Of a DNA stretch of 64,000 nt, positions 12,607 to 24,960 are shown one piece after another. Below the pieces are notes generated by a model. It saw only the letters and a list, made by a program, of their open reading frames with translations, was not told the origin of the DNA and did not search any database. How positions within the stretch are numbered: position 1 is the first letter of the stretch; each line of letters opens with the position of its first letter. Source of the DNA: Octopus vulgaris (lineage: Eukaryota); NCBI GenBank assembly GCA_951406725.2, contig OX597817.1, forward strand, positions 86,118,001-86,182,000, written 5' to 3'. Position numbers and translations under genes: made by a program.

Positions 12607-13658
12607 AATTTACAAACTATCTGATACAGGAAGGACTGTCTCCAACATTTTGCTCATTACCTTGCTATATCCTCCTATTTTTCTCAACTTTTCTGCAACA
12701 ACTGCTGTTTCACTGGCTGGGCTCACTGGTTTTTATATCACTCCCACTTAAGCAAACATCACTTTTCCACACTATCCATGTTGTAACGCACATTCTTCAT
12801 ATTTTACAAAGCTTTTTTCACTCTCGGACTACATCCTTCTAAAATACTTTGTCATTGATTGCAGACTATATCAGATTATACTAATTAACTCTAATAATCC
12901 CCTTCCCTGCAACCATACCATTCTTCCAGTCCATGTAGCTCTAAATAGCCTATATTCTCTATAGGCTAAAAGATTTTAATATCTCTCACTAAGCATTGTG
13001 AATTTGATGTGCATGATGTGTGGTAATGAAATAAAAGAGGGGCTGTAATTATAGATGTGATATTTTAGAGAATAAGTAGGTACTGCTAGTAAATCTATTA
13101 GCCATTCACTTCTGTTACATCGTCAAACTGTTTATATTGAATCCTAAACATTTAGGATACTGTTAACATTTAGTCCTCCTTTGTGAAATAAGCTAATTTT
13201 TACCATCAAAATTTGTTTATGAAGATTATCAAGATTTTATCTATGGCACTTTTTTCCACTCTTAGAACATGCTAAATTTATTTTCCAGTTTGTAACCAAT
13301 GTTACAAGTGGTTGATGGTAATTGGAACTAGGGAAGGGTAAGGCTTATAATTTCTCATAATGACATAATTATAGCTGACCCAAATGTTATCAAGATTTTG
13401 GTATGAACCTAAAAATACAGTATTTCTATTATAAGCACATAAATAGGATTAACTTGTATGTGGCTAACAATAGTCTAATATGATAAATGACTTTGTAATG
13501 GTGGTGGGAAAGAACATTGTAGAAATGGAATCCTGGATATGTATAAAGGGGTTAGGAAATTTAGAAAATTCCTTCTTAATGACAACATCATAATAATGAT
13601 AATTAATTTTCACATTTTGAAAATGTGACAGAGCCAACATTATTGATTCTAAAAAAGC

Positions 13659-15082
13659 CAAGTTGCTCATGTGAGGCCAAAACATCAATGACACCAGGAT
13701 ACTGCATCACAACTATGTGCCTTATCACATGGCACTTTTGATTAGAGTTTTTGGCATGGAAAAGCAGCCCTGTTGTTCTCAGCCTCTGTATTTGCCTGGA
13801 CTGAGTCTGTGTGACTGCTTTCTCTTCCCAAAATTGAAAATTCACCTCAAAGGGCATCATTTTGGCATATTGGAAAACATAAAAATGACTGTAACCAACC
13901 AGCTTAAGACCATTCCAGTCTCCAAGTTCCAGCACTGCTAGTGAAGAGTGGAAACATCTTAGGCACTGTGTGGTTTCTCAAGGGAACTATTTTGAAGGAG
14001 TTCATTTGTAGTTTAATTATAAATGATAGTTCTTACTGACAAATTCTCATTATTTTAATTACAAACCTTGTTACATCATATCAAACGTATATATCAACTT
14101 GCTGCATTTTTTCCTCTTGAACAAAGGTAGCTTTTTTAGAGTCACATTTGGCTTTGTCACATTTTCAAATTGTGAAAATTAATTATCATTATTATGATGT
14201 TGCCATTAAGAAGGAATTTTCTAAATTTCCAAAATTTTAAGAACCTCATGGTAAAAATGCTGATTGACATCTGTTCTTGAGGCATGAATTCCTTATGGAC
14301 AACTCCATTGCTGTCAAAAAAGCAAATACGCATTGTTTGATTTTCAATTTGCTCTTTCTTGCTTTTTTCAGCTGTGGTGAGTTAGTAGTATACCACTCCT
14401 GATTTTGGTATTTTGTTTGTGGATCATACTTAAAAACCCATGATTCATCACCCTTAATGATGTTTGTGAGAAAATCTGGGTCATTTTCAATTCATTATAG
14501 ATCATAGCATATTTACTTCCTGCTGCTGTTTTGCTCAGGAGAGAGTTTACAGAAATTTTCTTCATTCTCAGTTTGTTTGTCAAAATTTGATAAATGGTAC
14601 TTTGGTTCAAATTCAGTGTCTCTGCAGTCAATCTGACTGTTAACCAATGGTCAGATTACACAAGGTCTCTGATTTGTTACACATTTTTATCATTTCTTGA
14701 AATTGATGGCCTTCTTGACCAAGGGTCAATTTTTTAGGATTCTCAGCCTTCTAAAAAGGCTTTGAACCATCGGAAAACCTGATAAAACAATCTCCTTGTA
14801 AGTTGAAGTTTAGCACAAGTTTCAGTGGCATTGTGTCTGAGTTTGAAACAAAACTTGATCATACAGTGTTGTGCATAACTGTGCTTACTCATTTTCTGAA
14901 CACACAAAACAAAATCACTTTGCAAAATGTGCACTCATGGTTCACTTCCAAACACTACATGGTTGCTGCTTGGACTGAAGTTATAGAGAACGTTGATGTG
15001 GCAACACTGAAGGGGAATCCCACAGTGTTACCAGATCGAATGTTATGAGATGAGTCTCATTACTTTATTTATAGACCTTGTA
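13659..15082. mobile_element. Decayed mariner element with its 3' half inverted
   Basis: 5' half on the minus strand (14235-15082: CMIKFCFKLRHNATET, GDESW-like motif, TIR acaaggtctataaataaagtaatgaga); 3' half on the plus strand (13659-14073: LHHNYVPYH, QPLYLPGLSLCDCFLFPKLK, TIR tctcattattttaattacaaaccttgt). Confidence 0.8.
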
Positions 15083-15264
15083 TATTCCATGTACTAATGC
15101 CCATTTTTTTTCCATTATGGGGTTTTATATTGACTATTTTCAATAGTCAGTATACATTGAAGGCTTATAATTTTATTTACAAAATATTATAGTTGTATTT
15201 TTAGCATGTTGATTTTTTTAAAAATTGTTTTTGTTTTATTCAGATTTTGGTTTACTTGTTTTTT

Positions 15265-15503
15265 TACATTATTTACATTTGGCGGGTATTTGTCCTCATC
15301 TTGTTTGTTGTTAACATGTTTTGGCTGATATGCCCTCCAGTCTTCATCAGGTGTCTTGGGGAATTTTGAACCTGGGTTCTCATTCCTTAGGTATTTTTCG
15401 ATGTAATTATTATTATTCAGGTCACTGCCTGGAATCGAACTTGGAATCTTGGGGTTAGCAGCCCGCGCTCTTAACCACTACGCCATATGCCTATGGGCAA
15501 TTA
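15265..15503 (-). mobile_element. tRNA-head/(AAT)n/hammerhead-like retroposon, left arm of palindrome
   Basis: Reverse complement reads gcatatggcgtagtggttaagagcgcgggctgctaacccc...gttcgattcc, then (aat)n, then gacacCTGATGAagactg...cagccAAAAc. Confidence 0.75.
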
Positions 15504-15512
15504 TGGACTCCC

Positions 15513-15770
15513 TAATTGCCCATGGGCATATGGTGTAGTGGTTAAGAGCGCAGGCTTCTAACCCCAAGATTCCGAGTTCGATTCCAGGCAGTAAGCTGAA
15601 TAATAATAATAATAATAATAACATTGAAAAATACCATAGGAATGAGAACCCAAGTTCGAAATTTCCTCAAGACACCTGATAAAGGCTGGAGAGTATATCA
15701 GCCGAAACATTGTGTTAACAACAAGCAAGATGAGGACAAACATCCGTCTAATGTACATAATTCCTCATCA
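15513..15770 (+). mobile_element. tRNA-head/(AAT)n/hammerhead-like retroposon, right arm of palindrome
   Basis: A box tggtgtagtgg (15531), B box gagttcgattcc (15574), (aat)n, then gacacCTGATAAaggctg-10nt-cagccGAAAcattgtgtt (15671-15716). Confidence 0.75.
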
Positions 15771-15835
15771 CTTGTTTTGGGTTTTTTTTGGGGTTTTTTT
15801 GTGGCAGTTTTAGTTACTGATGTTTCCTATTTCAG

Positions 15836-15909
15836 CATGCACTTCAAATTGTCAATCTCAACAATGCACTACAAGAAAAAGAAAAACAACTGCAGGGCGT
15901 GCAGGCAAA
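15836..15909 (+). CDS. ATG16L1: ATG16L1-like internal exon C
   Basis: tttcctatttcag| acceptor, aa|gtaagt donor; 74 nt; HALQIVNLNNALQEKEKQLQGVQAK (human [25 protein letters not shown]). Confidence 0.9.
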
Positions 15910-16615
15910 GTAAGTTGGATTTATTGGTAATATTTCAATAATGTATAAAGAATAAAACATTGCAATATTAATAATTTAGGATATCATATAAATAATGTGG
16001 AGTACATTTAAGACTGAAAAATCCTGAATATTATTTTGTAAAATAGCCAGAAGGTCAGAAATTTGTGAGAAGGGTGTTAGTCAATTACATCTATCCCAGT
16101 ACTTGATTGGTACTTATTTTATCGACACTCAAGGAACTGAGTTTAATAATTTGTCTTTTAAAATGACATATATACGGAATGAATTTTCGAGCAAGTAATG
16201 GGATATGAAAAGCATTGAACAATGTGTACTAGAGAAATAATATTGCCAAAAAATTGCTGGAAGAAAATACTTGTAGAAGTGCAAGAAGTGAGAATGTTGG
16301 GGTAAGTACATAAGATCAAGTTGCATTAAAGTTGCTTTATTAAAATTTGTGCAATGTTGATATCAAAGTGATGAGGATTGTATTAAGGTGGTCACAGTAA
16401 GCAACAAAGCATGAAATATAGCCTCAATAGTTGTGTTTTTGTAAGCATGAGACTTAACTGTCATTGTCCCATGGTAAAAGTGTCAGCTATCTGTACTGAA
16501 AACATCTACTATTTTCTTAATATGCAGAAATGTTAGCTTGTTAGATTGTGGGGTCGGGAAACAGAATTTAAAACATTAAAAGAATTGATTTACATAAAGT
16601 TTTTGTTTTATTTAG

Positions 16616-16706
16616 GATTTTAGAGGTTGAAGCTATGAATGGAGGTCTCCGATCAGCAAATAAAAATTTAGAACAAACTATTTTAGAACTTGAAGCAACC
16701 AACCAA
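16616..16706 (+). CDS. ATG16L1: ATG16L1-like internal exon D
   Basis: ttttatttag| acceptor, caa|gtaatg donor; 91 nt; ILEVEAMNGGLRSANKNLEQTILELEATNQ (coiled coil; human CDLERANQ). Confidence 0.88.
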
Positions 16707-18986
16707 GTAATGTTTCTAATACAGTTTCTTTCTTTAATTTTCTTTTAAAATACAGTACATTTTTATAACCATGTATTTGGCCAATGTGTTTAAATTGTGT
16801 GATGCTAATTATTCTGTTGACTTTTGCTTGTTTTTCAAATTTTTGCAGTTTTGTTTCAATCATTCAAATTTTAATGTAGTAAATGATGCAGCTATATTTT
16901 AAAAGATTATCTAATTATGTGTCTTGGGTTAAAAAAAACCCCAAAAACATCTATTATTTCAGAAGATTATCTGTGATTTTATTTTTGTCAAAAGCTAAGT
17001 GAAGTTGAACTCTCCAAAAAATGAAATTTAAAATTTTTCTGTTTGAGGGACATGTTAGTGTTATGTTTTAATTAAACAACTACAACTAAGTAGTAGTTAG
17101 TAAAGACATAGACAATAAACAAGTACCACAGAAGTTCAGCTTTATGATGTTGAAGCATTGTGGGTGTAGGTGAAATGGGAAAAGGCAAGACAACTGGCTT
17201 TTTTCATTGGTAATATAGATTTTGTAAAGAGGATATTATTGTCATGGAGAAGTATTCAGAGGGAAAAATGAAGAGCAAAGTTTGACTTAGTGCAATGTGT
17301 AGCTGAATATGGTGGTTGTGTTATTGAAAATCTGTAAGCAGTGATCCATTTCTGACTGTAGTGTTAGAAACTGTTTAAGGATTAATATTTTATGCCTTAG
17401 AGATTTTTTTTTATGTAGTTTTGTTGAGAACATAACTAAGTTTAGTTTGCATAATTTGTGCATGTCTGATTATTCAAACTGAGACCAAGAGTAGTGGGTT
17501 GTGGTGAATGTGCAGTCAGAAGGGCAGATAATTGACAAAAAGTTTGATTTATATAAAAACAGCATTTGCACAATAAGTAAATAGCATTATTGAACAATGT
17601 GTAGATACTCTGACAGGGTTGAGATGAAAGAAAAAAAAATCAAGTTCCTTAGGTTTTAGATCATGTATCAATTTATTAATGTAATTAACCTTATAAATGT
17701 TCCCTAATCATTACTGTTTTTCAATATATAATAATAATGGTAGTCTCTTGAGCCCAAGAAAGATAGTTCTGCAATTTCTTGTTGAACAACATGCACAGAT
17801 GATTTGTTTATAATCAAATGTTTGTACTGCACTGAGCTCACTCCTTCCATCAGACTGACATTGCCTGTACAGGTGCATGATGTGCTGGGCATCATGTGTC
17901 ATAGTGGTTGCAAAGCAATGTGAAATGAAGTGTTTTGCTCAAGAACAATGCACAGCCCAGTCAAGGAATTGAACCCACTATCTCATGATTATGAATAAAC
18001 ACCCTAACCACTAGTCCATGCACCACTGTTTTTCAATGTAAGATAATCAGGACTATTAGTTCACTACTTCTTGCTCTTCTGTATTGGTTATAATATAAAT
18101 TATTTTTAGCATGTACGGTGTCTGTTCAGTTGCAGTTTCACCTGTGTGGTGTAAACGCTGGAGTATATAATAGTTTATAGCCAGCCATGAATGAATAGGA
18201 AGATTTTCAGTTTGCTTACTGAAATTCATAGAGATTTCCTAAAGATATTATCTTTCCTTTACACTGTTAAATCCTACATACAAGTCATTATGTTTATCTG
18301 AAAAATGAAATAAGAAATATTAGTTTCATTTTTAAATAATATATTTTTATAGATGCATTTCAAAATAAAGCAAAAACATTGAGGAATTTTCCTTGTAAAA
18401 TGGTTTAGCATAGTTTTTAAATTATGATGTTTGGTTTGAAGTTCCAAACATTGGAAGCCAAAAGGAAAAAATGTGAGCAAAAAGAGAATTCCTGAAATGT
18501 TTGCAGATTTTGGATAGGGAGCATTGGATAGTATGGAATTAGTGAGCTTGTGCTGAAATGGCATGGCACTTGGTGGTTCAGAGAGAAGAAACACCATGCA
18601 TGTGGATTAGTGGTTACAATATATTTGAGTGTGTCTTTGTCAATCAGTCACAAAACCTTTTTTTTTTTTTTGACAAAATAGAGATTGTTAATAAAAATAT
18701 TTATTTTATTGAAAAGGAGTGATTGCCAAAGACATAATGAAGAGAAAAAACTCAGATTGATCTCCTTTTTATAAATTGTCACTTTAATGAATATCTAGAA
18801 CTTGTGACCTGAAAAGGTCACTAACAATTATAGCTTTACTACTTAAGATAGGGAACTAAAAATGTCTAGATGTTGTTTTGTAATTTCATTTAAAATCTTT
18901 ACATACATAAAATCCCCCCACTCAAGAAACTGCTTTTCCTCTTATTTCAGTTAATACATACAAATTCCTCTTGTTTATTAATCTAG

Positions 18987-19147
18987 ATGCTGAAAGATGA
19001 GCATCAAGCTTTACAATTAGCTTTTACTGCTCTTGAGGAGAAGTACCGTAAGTGCCAAGAAGATAATCGTGACCTTGTTGAACGGTGGATGCAGCAGAAA
19101 TCAAAGGATGCTGACAAACTCAATGAAGAGAATGACAAAATATTGAG
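18987..19147 (+). CDS. ATG16L1: ATG16L1-like internal exon E (core ATG16 coiled coil)
   Basis: atctag| acceptor, ag|gtacac donor; 161 nt; [53 protein letters not shown] closely resembles human [51 protein letters not shown]. Confidence 0.97.
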
Positions 19148-20739
19148 GTACACTTTTTCTTTTTCAAAAGCACTTTAGATATTCACATTTCAGTTTTTCC
19201 CATTCAAGTTGTCTGGATTGCAACTTTCCAGTTGATTGTCTCCCATCCTAGGGTTTTATTTGGGTGTCAATGCTTATAGAAGAGTGTTGTTCTTATTGTT
19301 GTCAAGTAACTGATTTCATGTCTATTCTAGTTATAGTATAAAGAGATTTCATTCAGTGAACTCTAGACCAACATCAGCATTTACATTTCATGTCTGTTTT
19401 CTATATCAGCATGGGTAAAACAATTCAACAGAATCCAATGGGTCTTTGGACCATGTCTTATACTGTCTCAGTTTTGGCACGATTTCTGTGACTGGATGAC
19501 CTTCCTATTACCAACCACTCAAAAAACAAAAGAGCTCCCTCAACTGAGAAAGAGAATAGTAGAAAAGGTGTTTGGTTGAAGTAAGTTTGTTTCTATAGAG
19601 GAGATACATGCCCATCTCAAATTATATGAGGATTGGTGGGTGTAAATGGAGTGGAGCAGAGTAGCCTTGTATCTCTGTGCCTGTCCTATCATACTTTAGT
19701 TGTTCAGCATCTGACATAATGCCACCTTCATCTCTTCTACAACCCCTTTCTGTTGAGGGGGCTTTATTTTTTTGCCTTGCCAGTTACTCAATGACCTCAC
19801 TATTGTCAATTCCTTGAAAATAAAATCACCTAGTACATACTGTAAAGTGGTTGTTGGCATTAGGAAGGGCATCAAACTAGAAAGTATGCCAAAGAAGACA
19901 CTGGAGCTTATTTCAATCCTCTGGTTCATCAGATCCTGTCAAATTCTTCAACCCATGCCAACATGGAAGGTGGATATCAAATGATGATGATTGATGAGTT
20001 TAATGTTTTGGTTATCGAGAGGCAAGATCATATTAGCCTATATTAGCTTCAAATTCCCTGTAAGTACATTTAGTCTATGAATTTACTTTAAAAATACTGG
20101 ACTTATCGCTTATGATGTGATGTTGCCATCTATAACACATGTTAGTAAAATGAGAGTGAGAACTAGGTTTTCTTGGAAACAAACAGAATATTGAGAACCA
20201 CATTGTCTATGCTGGGATTGAAATGTGCTTCTCAAATTAATATTGAGTATAGCAATGCTAGTTAATAGATTCTTCAAGAGGAACAAAGGTAGGAAGAAAA
20301 TCCTCAGTAGAGGGGTAAGTTTTATAAAGTAACAAAATAAAAGTTTTGAAAACTAACATGAAAATAATACTTTGTTAGTATAAAGTGTTGATTATGTGAT
20401 GCCATGTATCAGAGGTATGAGGTTGTTCAATGAATGATGGAGATTAAAAACTATTGGATATACAGCAGTAATTTATGGAGAAAGTAATCATGTATTAGAG
20501 GTATTGCTTATTACAATCGAGAAAGACAACTGTTGTACAGAAATGTAATGTAAAAGATTAATGTGTGAAAGTAGTAAAGAGTGTACTGAAGAGACTTAAA
20601 TATCATATGAATAGGTGCATTTTCACATATATCTGATGATGCATATCAGAATGGTTGAAAATATGTCATTCTGGATCTACCCAAACTATATTCATTTTGA
20701 ATTCCTTTTCTGCTATTAATAACAACTAATACAATTTTT

Positions 20740-21800
20740 GAAAGGTTGTATCTACTGGATACTCTCATACCTTTGTTGTCAGTGGACTTTTAATTCTTTA
20801 GAAGTTGGGCAAAAACGTTTTGTTTCACTTGATATCAGCAAAACATTTACTGTATCTGGCATGCAGATCTCTTGGCAAAACTGCCTTCTATGGACTCCAT
20901 TCATGTTTCATCTCTTAGATCAGAGGCTTCCTGTTAGGTGGAAACATAACAGCACATGCTAAAGGAGGCTCTTTCTACTCTGGTGTGTTTGTTTTTTCTC
21001 CCTCACTCTTCCTCTGCTACATCAAGGTTATTTGCCATCAAGTCCAGCAATGCCTATGTAAATGATACCATCCTTCATTGCACCCTAACCTAAAACATCT
21101 CATGCCAAACCTGCACTGATTCCATGAACAGAGACCTTGTAATCATCCTCTGATGCAGTCCCTTCAATCTTGTCTCCTTGAACAGCTCAAAGACACAATT
21201 ATTACCCCGTTTCAGTACAGGAATTTCACACACATCCTCAAAATAGCAAACACTACATTGCAAACTTGCTTGCTCCTTCAGGACTAGACAGTATTTCAGC
21301 CATCAGCTACCACTAGCCTTTATAAAACTCAAATGAGACTTGTAATGAAGTACTGCTTTCACATCTGGAATAGTGCTGCTGTTACATATACAAATATAGT
21401 TGTAAATCTCTAAAAAAAAAAAAGACCACCTAAGTGATTAGCATGATGCCACTTAGCAACACTCTCCCACTTCTGGCTTGCAGATGTGCTGTATTCTCAC
21501 TCTGTCTTTCTTCTAGTATAATGGTCTCTGCTTCTTAGAGGTGCCTTTTTGTGTGACACCTCCTCTCATTCCTGACTCATCTCTCTTCACTCATTGAGCT
21601 CTCTCCCTCCTCTTCTTGTGGACTTATTTCTTCGTTCAACTCCTCAAAACTTCAGTCATCTGGAATTTCTTTCTTGACCACGTAGTTCCCCACAAGTGTT
21701 AACTTGCAACTATTCTCAAGGATTATTAACCACGTCAATCTCACTGGTCTCAGTCTGTAAGGCCCATTGGCACAACCTATTCCTCCAGATCAGTTCCAAT
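20740..21800 (+). mobile_element. Heavily decayed LINE RT/3' end (Jockey/CR1 group)
   Basis: Remnants VSLDISKTF, TLPLLH/AYVNDTILH (YADD equivalent) and YKTQMRLVMKYCFHIW. Confidence 0.6.
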
Positions 21801-22573
21801 AAAGAAAACTATAGGCACTGCCCCAGTATGGCCACATCCTACAGGCTAAAACTGGGAATAATAAAAGAATAATGACTCACTGAATTTTTTTTCTATAAAA
21901 CAGTTTAAAATATAATATTTGCTTTAAATTGATTGTTTTTTTTTTTTCATTAAATGCATTTGTTATTGAAAATCTTCACTTATTCAAGATTTTCAATTGA
22001 TTTTGAAACTTATGTTGCAGTATATGTACTAAACAAAAGAAAATGTTTTATAGTGTCAGAGGCTCCGTTACTGTGCGCAATAATTATTTAAATTGTTTAA
22101 ACTGCTGCATAAGCAACATATTCAGTAGGATATCATTATTTTTCTATGGAAATCAAAATAAAAGTCCACTCCAGATATTTTCCTTCATTTCAGCTTTTAC
22201 AAATTTGACAAAACTGTGACAGTAGGAATATGTAATATCAACAAGTGATTAAACCGAACTAAAGTTCATAGATAAATTTTTGGAACACATAGCAGTTCAG
22301 TAACGTCTGTTGTTTTTATTTATTAAAAGTAAAACAATTATCAATTCTTTAGTAGATTGAACAAATTTATAAATAAAGATGTTTAACTTTTGAAATACTG
22401 CAACATGTTGGTGTGTTACAAAATTTTTAGGAATATACTGAAATATAAAGTTCTACATATTGTGTGTGTGTGTATACACACATGCATGCACACACATTAA
22501 CAGATATTTCAATTAAAATGAACTTTTTTTCCATAAAATAAATTGCAGTTAAGTATGCTATTTGCTTTTTGTA

Positions 22574-22862
22574 GAGTCAATGAATCTTGTCATCAGATGA
22601 ATTAAAATAGGATTAAGGAAAGAAAATTAAATAAATCGAAATATCAAAGAATACTTACTATCAGTAAAATGCTGAAATTTTGTTAGGACTAACAAAATAG
22701 AAGAAAAAAAATTAAGATTTTGGTGAAGTAAGATATTTGTTATATACTGACAAGTTTTATAAATACTATCAAAGTGTGAAGCAGAAATGATTATTATTGC
22801 AAGTGTGTGAGTGTTTTCCTTAATCCCATTTTAATTCACCTGATGACAAGCTTCATTGACTC
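22574..22862. mobile_element. MITE with ~48-bp terminal inverted repeats
   Basis: gagtcaatgaatcttgtcatcagatgaattaaaataggattaaggaaa (22574-22621) is the near-perfect reverse complement of 22815-22862. Confidence 0.75.
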
Positions 22863-24339
22863 ATGTATGCTATTTGCTTTTACTAAAAGCAAATAGCATA
22901 CATAAGAGCCTCTCCTGCCCTTTGTTCTTAACTGCCATTAATTTTAATTTGAAATATCTGTGTGTTAAAATCAGTATTGAACTCTGTAAAGCAATTAACA
23001 TAGAAATGAGCAAGTACTGATTTTCTTCATTCTGGTCCTTGAAATTATCACACAAATGTTGAAAACTGAATGCCAGTTGAAGGAGGGATTTCATTGCAGA
23101 TTCTATTGAAGTTTAGTGGATATATTATATAATTCTGTTAACTAACTGATGCACTTGCTGTGAGATTAGTTAATAGCATAGTAGCTAGAGGTCCATGGAT
23201 GGACAAATTTAGGGAATTGTCATTTCTATTGGCAAGAAATGCTTTTGGGTTCAGCATCTTAAGCAAGTGTCTTCTGCTATACTCAGGGGCTGATCAAAGC
23301 CTTCTGTGTAGCTGATGATAATATATAATGTATGTAATGCTGAATGTGACTGTAGATTGCACTTACACACACACATATATATACAATACTGTATTCTCTG
23401 ATCAGAAAGGAGCAATTTGAGTAGGATGTGTTGATTGTAGACTTTTTAAGAGAAAACTTGTAAGTTAATAAAGCAAGTGGTCAATAATGTCTTTGATCTG
23501 TCTACTGAATGTAAAAAAAAAAGTCATTTGATTGGACTTGTGAACTTCACAATGATACATGATTGGGATGTAGTGAATGTGTCTATTTTGCAGATCCATT
23601 CACTGTCTTACATTAACAAAGAATAATGGATATTAAAATAATGGTCTTCATGAATAAAATTTTTTCATTAATTTGTACTTACTTTATTTTAATCAATTAT
23701 ATACGGAATCAGTTAAGGGTCGAATCCATTGCTGAGTTTCACACATGTAAAGTTCAAGTGTAATTAGGCAGGTAATAAGGTAAATGGTTGAAGCTATGTC
23801 TGCAATGTAGTGCACCAGTTAGGCCAATTCTAATCGACTGTGTTGGACCCTGTGATCAAATATATTGCTGTCTTTAGTGTAAGGGAAGCCACCCATTCCA
23901 GACTTAGATTTGGTGAATTTGAATTGGAAGGCTTTGAATTTTCAGGCACATGTTCAGGATGTTCAAGAGGAATGTGTGAAAAAAGTAAAGAGTGAACTGA
24001 TAAAGACTTAAATGCCATATGGATAGGTGAGTTTTCACACATATCTGATGACGTGTCAGGGTGGCTGAAAATATGTCACTGTGGGTCTATCCAAACAATA
24101 TTCACCTTGAATTCCTTTTCCACTATTAACGACTACTAATACAATTTTTGAAAGCTACTGGATACAGCCTACTCTCCTACCTATGTTATCAGTGGGCTTT
24201 TAACTCTTTAGAAATTGAGTAAAACAGTTTTGGTTCACTTGATATTAGCAAAGCAATTTACTGTATTTAGCAGAACTGCCTGCCTATGGACTTCATCCAT
24301 CTTTCATCTTTTCCTCTGATGATAGCTTTCATTTGGAAG

Positions 24340-24960
24340 CATGCAATTTGGCAAAAATTTGCAGTTTCATGCTCCATTGAAATAAGGGGTAATTTTATTG
24401 ATGATACTCCATCTTGGAGAGTTCTCTGTTGATCTTTGAGTTTCCAGATAAATTGGGACTAGGGTGTGGAGTTTCCATTGGCTCTTGTCCTGAATGTTAG
24501 TTGATGCTGGTGATAAGTTTTTCTTAGTGTTCACAGTGAATCCTCAAATAATCCCTTTAAAACCATCTGTTACTGATTCTTACTGTATAACTGCTTAGTA
24601 ACAACAAAATCTTCTGAGTGAGCAAGTAAAGGCATTTATGCAGTAAAAGTTGGTTGTTTGGGTGTAATTTTTGTTGTAGTATGTGATGTGAGATGCATTA
24701 TTACCAAGGCAAAAAATATCTATCCATAACATTAAGGGTGTTGAAAAGCTTATTGTATTCATGTGTTGGTGGGAAATGTCTTATGAGAAAGTTCCCATCT
24801 ATGTTAGTAGCAACATCTAAGTTAAATGGTGAATTAAACCAAGTCGTCTTACTCTTTCTAGTTCCCCTGTTTGTCTTCATGGAGGTGTTTCTGCACATGT
24901 TAGCTCTTGAAATTTGATTCTGAAATCTCATCATGAACACCAATAGAAGTGGAAGAAATC
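24340..24960 (-). mobile_element. Penelope-like element fragment (RT C-terminus, linker and GIY-YIG)
   Basis: RKSKTTWFNSPFNLDVATNI..RHFPPTHEYNKLFN; downstream YHQHQLTFR..SQFIWKLKD..WSIINKITPYFNGA*NCKF. Confidence 0.75.

Noticed and set aside
15524-15595. Functional tRNA gene (A/B boxes, anticodon-like loop)
   Set aside because: No acceptor-stem pairing at the 3' end; anticodon differs between the two copies (TCT vs GCT); embedded in a repeat, so treated as a SINE head.
16277-16301. Possible 25-nt ATG16 micro-exon (tag|...|gtaagt)
   Set aside because: No polypyrimidine tract, would shift the frame, and exons C and D already join in phase.
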